From contig CAVTEG010000006.1 in assembly GCA_963733815.1 (NCBI GenBank), positions 289,956 through 353,955 on the forward strand: a stretch of 64,000 nt of DNA, written 5' to 3'. Within the stretch, counting starts at the first letter, position 1, and every line of letters starts with the position of its first letter. This document shows positions 8,646-17,943 of the stretch, piece by piece. The notes beneath the pieces were generated by a model. It saw only the letters and a list, made by a program, of their open reading frames with translations, was not told the DNA's origin and did not search any database. Made by a program: the position numbers and the translations under genes. The DNA is from an uncultured Acidobacteriota bacterium (GTDB lineage: Bacteria > Acidobacteriota > Thermoanaerobaculia > UBA5066 > Gp7-AA6).

Positions 8646-9715
8646 TGGTCTCTCTCGCGCCCTACATGGAGTGGTCCAAGACGCGACCGCGGCCGACGAT
8701 CGATCTGGCGGGAAGCAACCTCCTCGCCTGTTCGCTGGACGACCTGCCGGCCGCTCGCGAGGCGGTCGACATCGCCGGCGAGAGTCCCGACGGCTACCCT
8801 CCGCTGCTCGACGCGATCGCGCGGCACTCCGGTGTGGAGCCGGGGCGCGTCGCGTCGGCGCCGGGATGCTCCGGCGCGAATTTTCTGACGTGCGCCGCGC
8901 TGCTCTCCCGGGGCGATGAGGTCCTGGTCGAGACGCCGAACTACGACCCCTTGCCGGGCGCGGCGCGCCTTCTCGGCGCGCGCGTGGCGACGTTTTCGCG
9001 GCGGTTCGAGGACGGCTATGCCCTCGATCCGGGCGCCATCGGGTCGGCGCTGACCGCGCGAACGCGCCTCGCCGTCCTGTCGAACCCGCACAATCCTTCG
9101 GGGGTGCTGGCTTCGCAGGAGAGTCTCCGCGAGCTGGCGCGGCTTGCCGAGGCGCGCGGCTTTCACGTCCTCATCGACGAGGTGTACCGGGACGTCGTGC
9201 TCGAGGGCCGGCCCGACACGGCCGCGCTCCTCTCCGAGCGCTTCGTCACGACGTCGAGCCTGACGAAGGCCTATGGGCTCGCGTCGCTGCGCTGCGGCTG
9301 GGTCATCGCCTCCGAAGACGTGGCCCGCAGGATCCGGCGCGCGCGGGACGTGGTCGACGTCTGGTCGCCGATGCCCGCGGATCGCCTCAGCACGCTCGCC
9401 TTCCGCCACCTGCCCGCCCTGGCCGCTCGCGCCCGGCGGATCGTCGAGGAGAACCGCCGTGCGTTCGCCGAGTTCCTGTCCGGGGAGCCGAAGCTCGCGT
9501 GCGCGGCCACGCGCGCGACCCTGGCCTTTCCGCGACTCATCGGAGTCGAGGACGCGACCCCGTTCGTCGAGCGGCTGTTTTCCGAAACCGGCACGGCGGT
9601 CGCGCCCGGCCGGTTCTTTGGCGCGCCGGCGCATTTCCGCATCGCCTTCGGAGGCGAGCCGTCCCTCGTCCGAGCCGGGCTCGAGACGATCCGGCGATGC
9701 CTGGGGTCCGCGTGA
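8645..9715 (+). CDS. PLP-dependent aminotransferase (class I/II fold)
   Basis: LVETPNYDP...LSNPHNPSG...LIDEVY...SSLTKAYGL (PLP-lysine context). Confidence 0.85.
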   Translation: MVSLAPYMEWSKTRPRPTIDLAGSNLLACSLDDLPAAREAVDIAGESPDGYPPLLDAIARHSGVEPGRVASAPGCSGANFLTCAALLSRGDEVLVETPNYDPLPGAARLLGARVATFSRRFEDGYALDPGAIGSALTARTRLAVLSNPHNPSGVLASQESLRELARLAEARGFHVLIDEVYRDVVLEGRPDTAALLSERFVTTSSLTKAYGLASLRCGWVIASEDVARRIRRARDVVDVWSPMPADRLSTLAFRHLPALAARARRIVEENRRAFAEFLSGEPKLACAATRATLAFPRLIGVEDATPFVERLFSETGTAVAPGRFFGAPAHFRIAFGGEPSLVRAGLETIRRCLGSA

Positions 9716-9948
9716 CCGCGGTCCCCCGCAGCGTCACGCGGGGCCTCATCGCCCGCGCGCTTTCGGGGCTCAACCTGCGGTTTCCGGTGCTCTTTCTGGT
9801 CCTTCTGACGGTCACCATCGCCGACCTCCTCATCCCGGACGTGATCCCCTTCGTCGACGAGATCCTCCTCGGGCTTCTGACGGCGATCTTCGGCTTGTGG
9901 CGCAAGCGGCGCGAACCGCCGCCCGGCGCTCCGGCAATGCGACAATAG
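9697..9948 (+). CDS. Small membrane protein (two predicted TM helices)
   Basis: The internal ATG of ORF 9499..9948 gives an 83-aa product: LNLRFPVLFLVLLTVTIADLLIPDVIPFVDEILLGLLTAIFGLW. Start uncertain. Confidence 0.45.
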   Translation: MPGVRVTAVPRSVTRGLIARALSGLNLRFPVLFLVLLTVTIADLLIPDVIPFVDEILLGLLTAIFGLWRKRREPPPGAPAMRQ

Positions 9949-10002
9949 GCCGGGCTCGGCGAACCGTGTTTCGTCGTTTCGTTTCTCATTCTTGCGGGGT
10001 GG

Positions 10003-10023
10003 CCCTCGCGCGCGGCGCGAGGG
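10003..10023. terminator. GC hairpin between convergent genes (CCCTCGCGC-GCG-GCGCGAGGG)
   Basis: Perfect 9-bp stem with a 3-nt loop directly after the guaA stop. A T-rich tract at 9968-9992 lies on the + side. Confidence 0.45.
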
Positions 10024-11559
10024 TCACTCCCACTCGATCGTGGCGGGAGGCTTGGACGTCACGTCGTAGACGACCCGGTTGATCCCCCTCACCTCGCCCA
10101 CGACCCGGCTCGCGATCGCGTCGAGGACTTCGTGGGGCATCCGGAACCAGTCGGCGGTCATGAAGTCGGTCGTCTGCACCGCGCGCACCGCGAGTACGTG
10201 CTCGTGCGTCCGCCCGTCGCCCATCACGCCGACCGAGCGGACCGGCAGCAGGACCGCGAACGCCTGTGCGATGGCGTCGTACAGACCGGCCCGGCGGATC
10301 TCGTCCAAGACGATCTCGTCGGCTTTCTGGAGCAGCGCGACCCTGTCGGGCGTGACTTCTCCCGGAATCCGCACGGCCAGTCCGGGCCCCGGAAACGGAT
10401 GGCGGGCCAGGAACTCGCGCGGCAAGCCCAGCTCGGCGCCGAGCAGCCGCACTTCGTCCTTGAAGAGCTCGCGCACGGGCTCGATCAGCTCGAACCCCAG
10501 CCGTTCGGGAAGACCTCCGACGTTGTGGTGCGTCTTGATGATCGCCGACGGCCCTTTGATCGAGATCGATTCGATGACGTCGGGATAGAGCGTCCCCTGC
10601 GCGAGGTATCTCGCGTCGGGAATGCTCTTGGCCTCCTTCTCGAAGACCTCGATGAACGTGCGCCCGATGATCTTGCGCTTCTGCTCGGGATCGGTCACGC
10701 CGGCCAGCCTCTCGAAGAAGAGTGCCGACGCGTCCACGGCGCGGATCCGGATCCCGAGATGGCCGAAAGCCTCGACAACCTGGCGCGCCTCGTGCGCGCG
10801 CAAGAGCCCGTGGTCCACCAGGATGGGGTACACGCGCTCGCCCAGGGCCTCGCGCAGGAGCAGCGCCGTCACGGAGCTGTCGACTCCTCCCGACAGAGCG
10901 CAGATCACCGAGCCCGAGGGGGCCTGCGCACGGATGGCCGCAACTCGTTCCTGTCGGAAGCTCGACATCGTCCAGTTCGGCTCGACCCGGCACACGCGGA
11001 ACAGAAAGTTCTGGAGGACCTGCGTGCCGTGCAGCGTGTGGCTGACCTCGGGATGGAACTGCACTCCGTAGACGGCCTTCTCGGGGTTCTCGAACGCGGC
11101 GACCGGCGCCGAGGAGGTGGACGCGACCACGCGAAATCCGGGCGGCGCGGCCACGACCGAATCGCCGTGGTTCATCCAGACCGTCTGCTCGGGCTCCAGC
11201 CCGGCGAAGAGCGCCGAGTCCGTGGCCACCTTGGCCGTCGCGCGTCCGTACTCCCGCCCCTCGTTAGCGACACGTCCGCCGATGGTGTGCGCGATCCACT
11301 GCATGCCGTAGCACAGGCCCAGGACCGGCACGCCGAGGGACGCCGGGTCGACGGAGGGCAGGGGCGCCCCCTTCTCGTACACGCTCTGAGGGCCCCCCGA
11401 GAGGATGATCCCGGCCGGATTCCAGCGGCGAATCTCTTCGGCGGGAGCGTCGGGCGGCAGCACGACCGAGAAGACGCGCGCCTCGCGGATCCGTCGGGCG
11501 ATCAGCTGGGTGTACTGGCCGCCGAAGTCGAGGACAACGATGGAGCGGGGGACGCTCAC
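10024..11559 (-). CDS. guaA: GMP synthase (glutamine-hydrolysing)
   Basis: GTG at 11559. VLDFGGQYTQLIARRIRE...GLCYGMQ...SGGVDSSV...KTHHNVGGLP...TIEWE. 511 aa; the rest of the 1330-aa ORF is an artefact. Confidence 0.95.
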   Translation of the reverse strand: MSVPRSIVVLDFGGQYTQLIARRIREARVFSVVLPPDAPAEEIRRWNPAGIILSGGPQSVYEKGAPLPSVDPASLGVPVLGLCYGMQWIAHTIGGRVANEGREYGRATAKVATDSALFAGLEPEQTVWMNHGDSVVAAPPGFRVVASTSSAPVAAFENPEKAVYGVQFHPEVSHTLHGTQVLQNFLFRVCRVEPNWTMSSFRQERVAAIRAQAPSGSVICALSGGVDSSVTALLLREALGERVYPILVDHGLLRAHEARQVVEAFGHLGIRIRAVDASALFFERLAGVTDPEQKRKIIGRTFIEVFEKEAKSIPDARYLAQGTLYPDVIESISIKGPSAIIKTHHNVGGLPERLGFELIEPVRELFKDEVRLLGAELGLPREFLARHPFPGPGLAVRIPGEVTPDRVALLQKADEIVLDEIRRAGLYDAIAQAFAVLLPVRSVGVMGDGRTHEHVLAVRAVQTTDFMTADWFRMPHEVLDAIASRVVGEVRGINRVVYDVTSKPPATIEWE

Positions 11560-12074
11560 GCGAAGCTCGCCCGGAAGATCATTACGGGTCCGGCCAGAAC
11601 GGCGGCGGGAAGGACGGCGATTCCGGCTCCGGCGAAGGGCGCGGCTGCGGCGAGCAGCGGCGCGACGAGCGTGCCGGGCGCCTGGGCCATCGCCACGCGC
11701 TCTCCCATCCACATCGCCGCGCCCGAGGCGAGAAGGAAGAGAACGGGATAAACGGACGCGAACGCGGAGCCGAACGCCGAGCCCTTCTTTCGCGCCCGAG
11801 CGCCGAAGAGGACCCTCTCTCCCAGGACGATGGCGAGGAGAAAGATCAGAGCCAAAACGTAGGCCGGGACGAAGAAGACCAGGGCCTGCTCGACGAAACG
11901 CGTCTCGGCGGGGCGCGCCGCCGCCGCGTCGCCGAACCACTCCTGGAAGAAGGGGAACGTCCCGAAGCCGGGATCCTGACGCCCGTGCGTCAGCAGGAAG
12001 ATCAGGACATCGAGGAGGAAGGCCGAGGGCAGGAGCAGAGCCGCTTGCCGGAGGAACTTCACGTCCCAAAGCAT
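11556..12074 (-). CDS. Hypothetical integral membrane protein
   Basis: The internal ATG at 12074 gives a 172-aa product with several hydrophobic helices. Its stop overlaps the guaA GTG (GTGA). Confidence 0.6.
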   Translation of the reverse strand: MLWDVKFLRQAALLLPSAFLLDVLIFLLTHGRQDPGFGTFPFFQEWFGDAAAARPAETRFVEQALVFFVPAYVLALIFLLAIVLGERVLFGARARKKGSAFGSAFASVYPVLFLLASGAAMWMGERVAMAQAPGTLVAPLLAAAAPFAGAGIAVLPAAVLAGPVMIFRASFA

Positions 12075-12117
12075 TGTAGCAGGCCGCGCCACGAACGCTG
12101 AATAGAATGGGGCGGCC

Positions 12118-14019
12118 GTGGCGCTTCGAAAATCGACGCGAATCTGGCTCGCGGTCTTCGCGATCGCCGCCTGCGCGAATGTTGCCGTGCAGCTGCTGCA
12201 CGTCGAGGGCTGCTGGGGACCCGCGTTGGTCGCCGTGGCCTTTTCCGCCGTGCTCGTCCTGCTCTGGCGCGCCGGCGCGGCGGCGTTCCGCGGCATCGTC
12301 CGGCGGACGACCCTTCGCCTCGCCTTTTCCTACTTCCTGATCGGAATCGTGCCGATCCCGCTGCTGGCGATCCTCCTGCTGCTGTCGGCCTACATCCTCG
12401 CGCACCAGTTCATGGCGAGCCGGATGCGACGGGAGATCGTGGCGGTCGGCGAGCGCGCGCTCGCGAGCGATCGGTCCCTGCCACGCGTCACGGCCAATCC
12501 CGCCGGCCTCGTCGAGGCCTCGGACGTCTCGTGGCTCAAGCGCGGCGAGAAGGCGCCCTGGCTCGGCGAGCTCGCGCGGCCGGGTTTCCTCGCCAACGGC
12601 AACGACGTCTGGCTGGCCGTCCCGGAGAAAGGCGCGAAGGCCGCTCGCCTGTTGAACCTGAGCGACCCGAAGGCTCCCTGGATACAGGACTTCGCGGACC
12701 GCACCGGCTACCCGGTGGCCGTGGATCTGGAAAGAGCCACGCGCAACGAAAAGGGCATCAACATCTCGACGACGAAGGAGACTCAGCCGCCGGGAATGAA
12801 GGTCTCCGGCGCGACCGAGGATTCGTCCGAGTTCCGCAGGCCGCGCAATGCTCCTCTGCCGGGCACGGGGGCCTGGAAGGGAGACTGGATCCGCGCCTAT
12901 TACCTGGAGATCGTGGCCAACGCGGTCGAGGAGGAGGCCGGGAGCGGCGGCAACGTCGCGATTCTCTCGGCCCGGGCCTCGCCGCAGCAGATCACCGACG
13001 AGTTCTTCCACCAGGGCGTGTCCGAGATCATTCGAGCCATCCAGATCGCCTACGTGGTGGTCGGCGGGCTGCTCCTGTTCATCTATCTCGCCGCACTCGC
13101 CATTGCGTTTGTTCTCGCCGGATCGATCGCTCGAAACGTCAACAAGCTCACGCGCGCGACGCAGGCCGTAGCGCGCGGCGACTTCTCGGTCCGCATCGGC
13201 TCGAAGTCCCGGGACCAGATCGGCGACCTGACCCGCTCCTTCGACGGGATGGCCGCATCGATGCAGACCCAGCTGGCCGAAACCGCGGCCAAAGAGCGCC
13301 TCGAAAGCGAAATCGCCGTGGCCCGCACGATCCAGCGCAAGCTCCTGCCCGCGACCGAAGCCTCGCTCGACGGGCTCGACGTGCGCACCCACTTCGGTCC
13401 GGCCGACGAGATCGGCGGCGACTACTACGACTACATCGCCGCACCGGGCGGCAAGACCGTCGTGGCCATCGGGGACGTTTCGGGTCACGGCCTGCCGACG
13501 GGACTCCTCGTCGCCATGGTGAAGGCGGCCCTGGCGACGCTGGTCGAGACGGGGCACGGCGGCGCGGAGCTCTTCGCGCGCTTGAACGAGCTGATCTACC
13601 GGTCGACCGATCCGCGCCACTACATGACGCTGGTGACCCTCGAGTACGACGCCGCCCGGCGTCGGGGGCTCCTGACCAACGCCGGCCAGCTTCCCCCATA
13701 TCGGATCTCGTCCGGACGGGTCGAGGCCCTGTCGATGCCGGCGCTGCCGCTGGGGCTCTTCCCGGGCCGCTCGTTCCCGCAACAGGAATTCCAGTTCCAG
13801 GCGGGAGACCTCGTGGTCTTCTACACGGACGGTTTCATCGAGGCTTTCGATGCCGCCGAGGAGGCTTTCGGCTTCGAGCGTTTCGAGGCCGTCCTGCGCA
13901 CGCGTGCCGCCGACGGCGCGGCGGCCCTGCGCGAGGCCCTGCTGGCCGCCGTCGCGGCGCACACGGGCGCGCGCCCCGCCGAAGACGACCGGACCCTGAT
14001 GATCGTCACTCTCCACTGA
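12118..14019 (+). CDS. Membrane sensor with HAMP domain and PP2C/SpoIIE-type serine phosphatase domain (RsbU-like)
   Basis: Two TM regions flank a roughly 250-aa extracytoplasmic segment. HAMP (ARNVNKLTRATQAVARGDFSVRI) is followed by GGDYYD...GDVSGHG...YTDG motifs. Confidence 0.85.
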   Translation: MALRKSTRIWLAVFAIAACANVAVQLLHVEGCWGPALVAVAFSAVLVLLWRAGAAAFRGIVRRTTLRLAFSYFLIGIVPIPLLAILLLLSAYILAHQFMASRMRREIVAVGERALASDRSLPRVTANPAGLVEASDVSWLKRGEKAPWLGELARPGFLANGNDVWLAVPEKGAKAARLLNLSDPKAPWIQDFADRTGYPVAVDLERATRNEKGINISTTKETQPPGMKVSGATEDSSEFRRPRNAPLPGTGAWKGDWIRAYYLEIVANAVEEEAGSGGNVAILSARASPQQITDEFFHQGVSEIIRAIQIAYVVVGGLLLFIYLAALAIAFVLAGSIARNVNKLTRATQAVARGDFSVRIGSKSRDQIGDLTRSFDGMAASMQTQLAETAAKERLESEIAVARTIQRKLLPATEASLDGLDVRTHFGPADEIGGDYYDYIAAPGGKTVVAIGDVSGHGLPTGLLVAMVKAALATLVETGHGGAELFARLNELIYRSTDPRHYMTLVTLEYDAARRRGLLTNAGQLPPYRISSGRVEALSMPALPLGLFPGRSFPQQEFQFQAGDLVVFYTDGFIEAFDAAEEAFGFERFEAVLRTRAADGAAALREALLAAVAAHTGARPAEDDRTLMIVTLH

Positions 14020-14063
14020 CGCTGGGCGGTGGGATAGAGTCCCGCCTCAAACACGGAGACGAC

Positions 14064-16274
14064 ATGCGAACCAGGATCCTCGTCCTCGGCGGCTCCCTTC
14101 TGTCCGCCTGGCTCCTCGGCCAGACCTCGCCCTTCGTCGACGAGAAGGTCGAACGCCTGCTCTCCAACGAGATCTCGGGCGACATCGCCTTCGAGACCGA
14201 GCGCGTCACGACGCAGTGGCACAAGCCGTCCGGATCCGAGGGCTTCTTCGCCGTTGCGCACTACATCGAGCAGCGGGCGCGCGCCGTCGGTCTCTCGGAC
14301 GTGGGCTGGATCGACCAGGCCGCCCAGTCCGCCGCGTGGACGCCGCTCCGCGCCGAGGCGTGGCTGATCGCGGGCGACGGCGCCGCGGCGAAGGAGACGC
14401 GCCTGGGCTCCTATGCCGAGGCCAAGACCTCGATCGCGGACTTCTCGCGCCCGGCCGACGTCACGGCCGAGCTCGTGGACGTGGGCTCCGGAGAAAAGGC
14501 CTCCGACTACGCCGGCAAGAACGTGAACGGCAAGATCGTCCTCGCGTTCGGGAGTCTGGCCAACGTCACGGAGCAGGCCGTCTGGAAGCGCGGAGCGGCC
14601 GGGATCCTCTCCTGGAACTCCTCGCGTCTGAATCCCCTCGCCGAGCATCCCGATCAGATCGCCTGGTCGGGCGTTCCCGAGGAAGACGGCCCCAACGGCG
14701 AGAAGACGACGTTTGCCTTCCTCATTTCGGCGCGGCAGGGCAAGGCTCTCTCCGATCTCATGAGCGGCGAGAGCTCCCGGCGATGGGGAGCGGAAGCGGC
14801 GAAGGCCGGAGAGACGCTGCGTGTTCGGGTCGTCGTCGAGTCGTCGACGCTTTCCGAGAAGAAGACCGCGATGGTCGAGGCGCGGATTCCCGGGACCGAC
14901 CCGGCGCTGCCCGAGATCGTGCTGACCAGCCATCTCCAGGAGAACATCTCGGCCAACGACAACCAGTCGGGTGTGGCCAGCATGCTCGAGATCGGGCGCT
15001 CGCTCTCGAAGCTCATCGCCGATGGCAAGCTCCCCCGCCCTCGGCGCGGCATCCGGTTCTGGTGGTGCGACGAGATCTACTCCGAGTACCGCTACTTCGC
15101 GGATCATCCGGGCGAGGAAAAGAAGATCCTCGTCAACCTCAACCAGGACATGGTCGGCGCAAAGCAGTCGATCGGATCGCGGACGGAGTACATGGCGCGC
15201 ACACCCTGGTGGAGGCCGTCCTACCTCTCCGACGTCCAGGAGAGCGTGCTCGACATGGTCGTCCGCGGCAACAACGCGTACCTCGCGGCATGGCAGGCGG
15301 GCTCGATTCCACCCGGCGTGGCATTCACCAAGCCGCTGTTCTCGCATCTCGGGACGCGCGACCCATATCACGCGAAGGCGGTCCCGTACTTCGATTCGAC
15401 CGATCACATGGTGTTCAACGACGCGTGGGTCGGCGTTCCGGGCACGACCCTGACGAACTGGCCCGACGAGTACATCCACTCCAGCGACGACGACCTGTGG
15501 CAAATCGATCCCACGCAGATCAAGCGCAACGCATTCGTGGTGGCGACGACCGCCTGGTGGCTGGCTAATGCCGGTGAAGCGGAGGCGAGCTGGCTGGCGG
15601 ACTACGTCGCCGGTCGCGGTGCCGAGCGGCTCGGCCGCGAATGGGTCACGGCGCAAAACTGGCTGCGGGACGGCATGGGAACCGATGCCGATCGCCGCCG
15701 CGCGGCCCGCGATCTGTTCTCAGTCGCGCTCGACAAGGAGGTCGCGGCCGTCGAATCGACGCGCGGCCTGGGAGCGCCGGACCCCGCGCGGTCGCGCGCC
15801 GTGGCTTCCCTGCGCGCCGTGGCCGGTCCGATCGCTCAGGGTCTGCCGAGCGTTCCCGACCGCGCCGCCGATCCGGCTCTCGCGCGCCTCGCCGCAAAGA
15901 CCCCGCGCCGCCCCGTGGCGACCCTGGCGGAGTGGATGGCGCTCGAGCACGAGGTCACGGGCAAGCGCCACGCCGCGGATCGCTCGCAGCGGGACGCGAA
16001 GGAGAAAGAAGAGGAGGCTCGAAAGTCGGGCCGCGCCAAAAAGCCCGCGACCCCCGCCACTCCCGCGGCCGACGAGGAAGCCGAGAAGCTTTCGCCTCTG
16101 ATGCAGGCCGCCGTCATGAACCGGATCGATGGGAAGACCAACGCCGCCAACATCGCCCGCGCGGTCTGCGCTGAAGCCCTGTCGGCGGGCTGGTGGTACT
16201 ACGGGAAGACGACGCCGGATTTAGTCGAGAAGTTTCTCGCGAAGCAGGCGAAGGACGGGCTCGTCGTCTGGTAG
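14064..16274 (+). CDS. Secreted M28-family metallopeptidase with PA domain
   Basis: ATG at 14064 inside ORF 12531..16274, with signal peptide MRTRILVLGGSLLSAWLLG. LTSHLQE...NDNQSGVA...DMVG...STDHMVFND. Confidence 0.8.
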   Translation: MRTRILVLGGSLLSAWLLGQTSPFVDEKVERLLSNEISGDIAFETERVTTQWHKPSGSEGFFAVAHYIEQRARAVGLSDVGWIDQAAQSAAWTPLRAEAWLIAGDGAAAKETRLGSYAEAKTSIADFSRPADVTAELVDVGSGEKASDYAGKNVNGKIVLAFGSLANVTEQAVWKRGAAGILSWNSSRLNPLAEHPDQIAWSGVPEEDGPNGEKTTFAFLISARQGKALSDLMSGESSRRWGAEAAKAGETLRVRVVVESSTLSEKKTAMVEARIPGTDPALPEIVLTSHLQENISANDNQSGVASMLEIGRSLSKLIADGKLPRPRRGIRFWWCDEIYSEYRYFADHPGEEKKILVNLNQDMVGAKQSIGSRTEYMARTPWWRPSYLSDVQESVLDMVVRGNNAYLAAWQAGSIPPGVAFTKPLFSHLGTRDPYHAKAVPYFDSTDHMVFNDAWVGVPGTTLTNWPDEYIHSSDDDLWQIDPTQIKRNAFVVATTAWWLANAGEAEASWLADYVAGRGAERLGREWVTAQNWLRDGMGTDADRRRAARDLFSVALDKEVAAVESTRGLGAPDPARSRAVASLRAVAGPIAQGLPSVPDRAADPALARLAAKTPRRPVATLAEWMALEHEVTGKRHAADRSQRDAKEKEEEARKSGRAKKPATPATPAADEEAEKLSPLMQAAVMNRIDGKTNAANIARAVCAEALSAGWWYYGKTTPDLVEKFLAKQAKDGLVVW

Positions 16275-16290
16275 CAATCGGCCGCGGGAC

Positions 16291-16602
16291 TCAGCTCCAG
16301 CGCCCGTCGACCCAGTACCAGCCTTTGCTCGAGCGTTTCCACGTTCCGGACACCCAGGTGGCGCCGGCGCGCGGCGGCCGCTGCCAGCCGCCGTCGATCC
16401 AGATGTAGGTGGTTCCGTCCCACCGGTAGTACCCCTTCGTCCAGACGTAGGCGCTTCCGGGCGAGACGCCCTGAGTCTCTTCGAGAGGTTTCGGCGGAGC
16501 GACGGGCACGTAGACGACGTCGGGTGGAGTGGATGCGCATCCGAACGAGACCAGGGCCGCCGCCGCCAGTATCAGCGTCGCGGCGACGCGCTTCACTTCC
16601 AT
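16291..16602 (-). CDS. Small lipoprotein with W/Y-rich YxWxxGxW-type repeats
   Basis: MEVKRVAATLILAAAALVSFGC (lipobox), then YVWTKGYYRWDGTTYIWIDGGW...WVSGTWKRSSKGWYWVDGRW. Confidence 0.7.
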   Translation of the reverse strand: MEVKRVAATLILAAAALVSFGCASTPPDVVYVPVAPPKPLEETQGVSPGSAYVWTKGYYRWDGTTYIWIDGGWQRPPRAGATWVSGTWKRSSKGWYWVDGRWS

Positions 16603-16895
16603 TTCCCCTCGATCCAGTACCAACCGCCGCGGGCGTGCTTCCAGTGTCCCGCGACCCAGACGACGTGCGGCCGCGGAGGCAGAACCCACAGGCCCGGAAC
16701 CCAGACGTAGGCCGTCCCGTTCCAGCGGTGGAACCCTCCGATCCAGACGTAGCCCGCGCCCGGAGCCACCACGCGCACCTCGGCGGGAGGAGAAGGCGGC
16801 GCTACCTTGACATAGACCCGCGTCCCCGCGAGCACCGGAACCGCGAACAATCCGCAGGCGAAAACGAGTGCGGCCGCCGTCGAATGCCGTTTCAT
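16593..16895 (-). CDS. Small exported protein, paralog of 16291..16602
   Basis: MKRHSTAAALVFACGLFAVPVLA, then YVWIGGFHRWNGTAYVWVPGLW...WVAGHWKHARGGWYWIEGKW. Overlaps the downstream paralog by 10 nt. Confidence 0.7.
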   Translation of the reverse strand: MKRHSTAAALVFACGLFAVPVLAGTRVYVKVAPPSPPAEVRVVAPGAGYVWIGGFHRWNGTAYVWVPGLWVLPPRPHVVWVAGHWKHARGGWYWIEGKWK

Positions 16896-16942
16896 CTTTA
16901 CCCCCGCCCATTGGACGATTCCGGCTTCGAGCGGTTGACCTC

Positions 16943-17938
16943 TCACAACTCGTGCTGCAGGACGCGCCGGAGCGTCGCGGCGTCGATGTTTCCCCCCGAG
17001 ACAATGACAGCAACCTTCTTGCCAGCAAGCGTCTCGCGCAGCCGGAGAAGACCCGCGAGGCCCGCCGCTCCGGCGCCCTCCGCGAGATTGTGCGTCGTGC
17101 GCAGGAGCAGTCGGATCGCTTCGGCGATCTCGGACTCTTCGACGACGACGAAACCGGAGAGCCCTTCGCGCAGCGCTTCGAAGGTCAGCGCGTAGACGCT
17201 GCGCGTTGCGAGGCCGTCGGCGAACGTGTCCGCGGTCGCCCCTTCGACAGGGCGGCCGGCATGGAAGGAATCGTGCGCCGCCCGGGCCCCCGCGGCCTGC
17301 ACGGCGTAGACGGCGAGCGTGGGCTTGAGGACGCGGGCAACGGTCAGCGCGCCCACGGCCTGCGAGCCGCCGCCCACGGCGACCACGAGCGCATCCAGAT
17401 CGGGCCGCTCGTCGAGGATCTCGAGCGTGAGCGTGCCGGCGCCCGCGATGACGTCCCGGTCGTTGGTCGAATGCACGAGACGCATCCCACGCTCGCCCAG
17501 GAGGCGCTGGGCCACCTTGACCGACTCGTCGTAGTCCGCGCCGTCCTCAACGAGTGTGGCGCCATAGCCCCGCATGCCCTCGTTCTTCTCGGGGTTGTTG
17601 CCTCGCGGGACGCACACAGTGATCGGGATCCCGAGTGCCGCGCCCGCAAACGCCAGACCCAGGCCGTGGTTGCCCCTCGTGGCCGCGACGACGCCCCGCC
17701 GGCGCTCGTCGGGGGAGAGCCGCGTGAGGGCCGAGCAGGCATTTCGCACCTTGAAGGAGTTGGTCGGGGCCTGGTTCTCGTGCTTGACCCAGACCTCGAT
17801 CCCGCGGCCGACCTCGGCGTCCAGCGGCGCGTAGCGGCGCAGCGCCGTCGGCGCGACCCAGGGCCGGATGCGCTTGCGCGCCGCCAGGACATCCTGGAAC
17901 CGGATCGGCCACGTCGCCGCGCGCTCGACCTCGCCCAT
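16943..17938 (-). CDS. Threonine/serine ammonia-lyase (PLP fold-type II, short catabolic form)
   Basis: HENQAPTNSFKVRNA (PLP lysine), ATRGNHG, GGGSQAVG. 331 aa. Confidence 0.85.
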   Translation of the reverse strand: MGEVERAATWPIRFQDVLAARKRIRPWVAPTALRRYAPLDAEVGRGIEVWVKHENQAPTNSFKVRNACSALTRLSPDERRRGVVAATRGNHGLGLAFAGAALGIPITVCVPRGNNPEKNEGMRGYGATLVEDGADYDESVKVAQRLLGERGMRLVHSTNDRDVIAGAGTLTLEILDERPDLDALVVAVGGGSQAVGALTVARVLKPTLAVYAVQAAGARAAHDSFHAGRPVEGATADTFADGLATRSVYALTFEALREGLSGFVVVEESEIAEAIRLLLRTTHNLAEGAGAAGLAGLLRLRETLAGKKVAVIVSGGNIDAATLRRVLQHEL

Positions 17939-17943
17939 GAACC

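Noticed and set aside
11560-14016. Upstream 800 codons of the 1330-aa minus-strand ORF containing guaA
   Set aside because: Only the last 511 codons are GuaA. The upstream part is low-complexity R/G/A-rich and is overlapped by convincing genes (a membrane protein in another frame, and the HAMP-PP2C gene on the + strand).
12531-14063. N-terminal 511 codons of the 1247-aa + strand ORF
   Set aside because: An Arg/Gly/Pro-rich frame overlapping the real HAMP-PP2C gene. The M28 peptidase begins with its own signal peptide at 14064.
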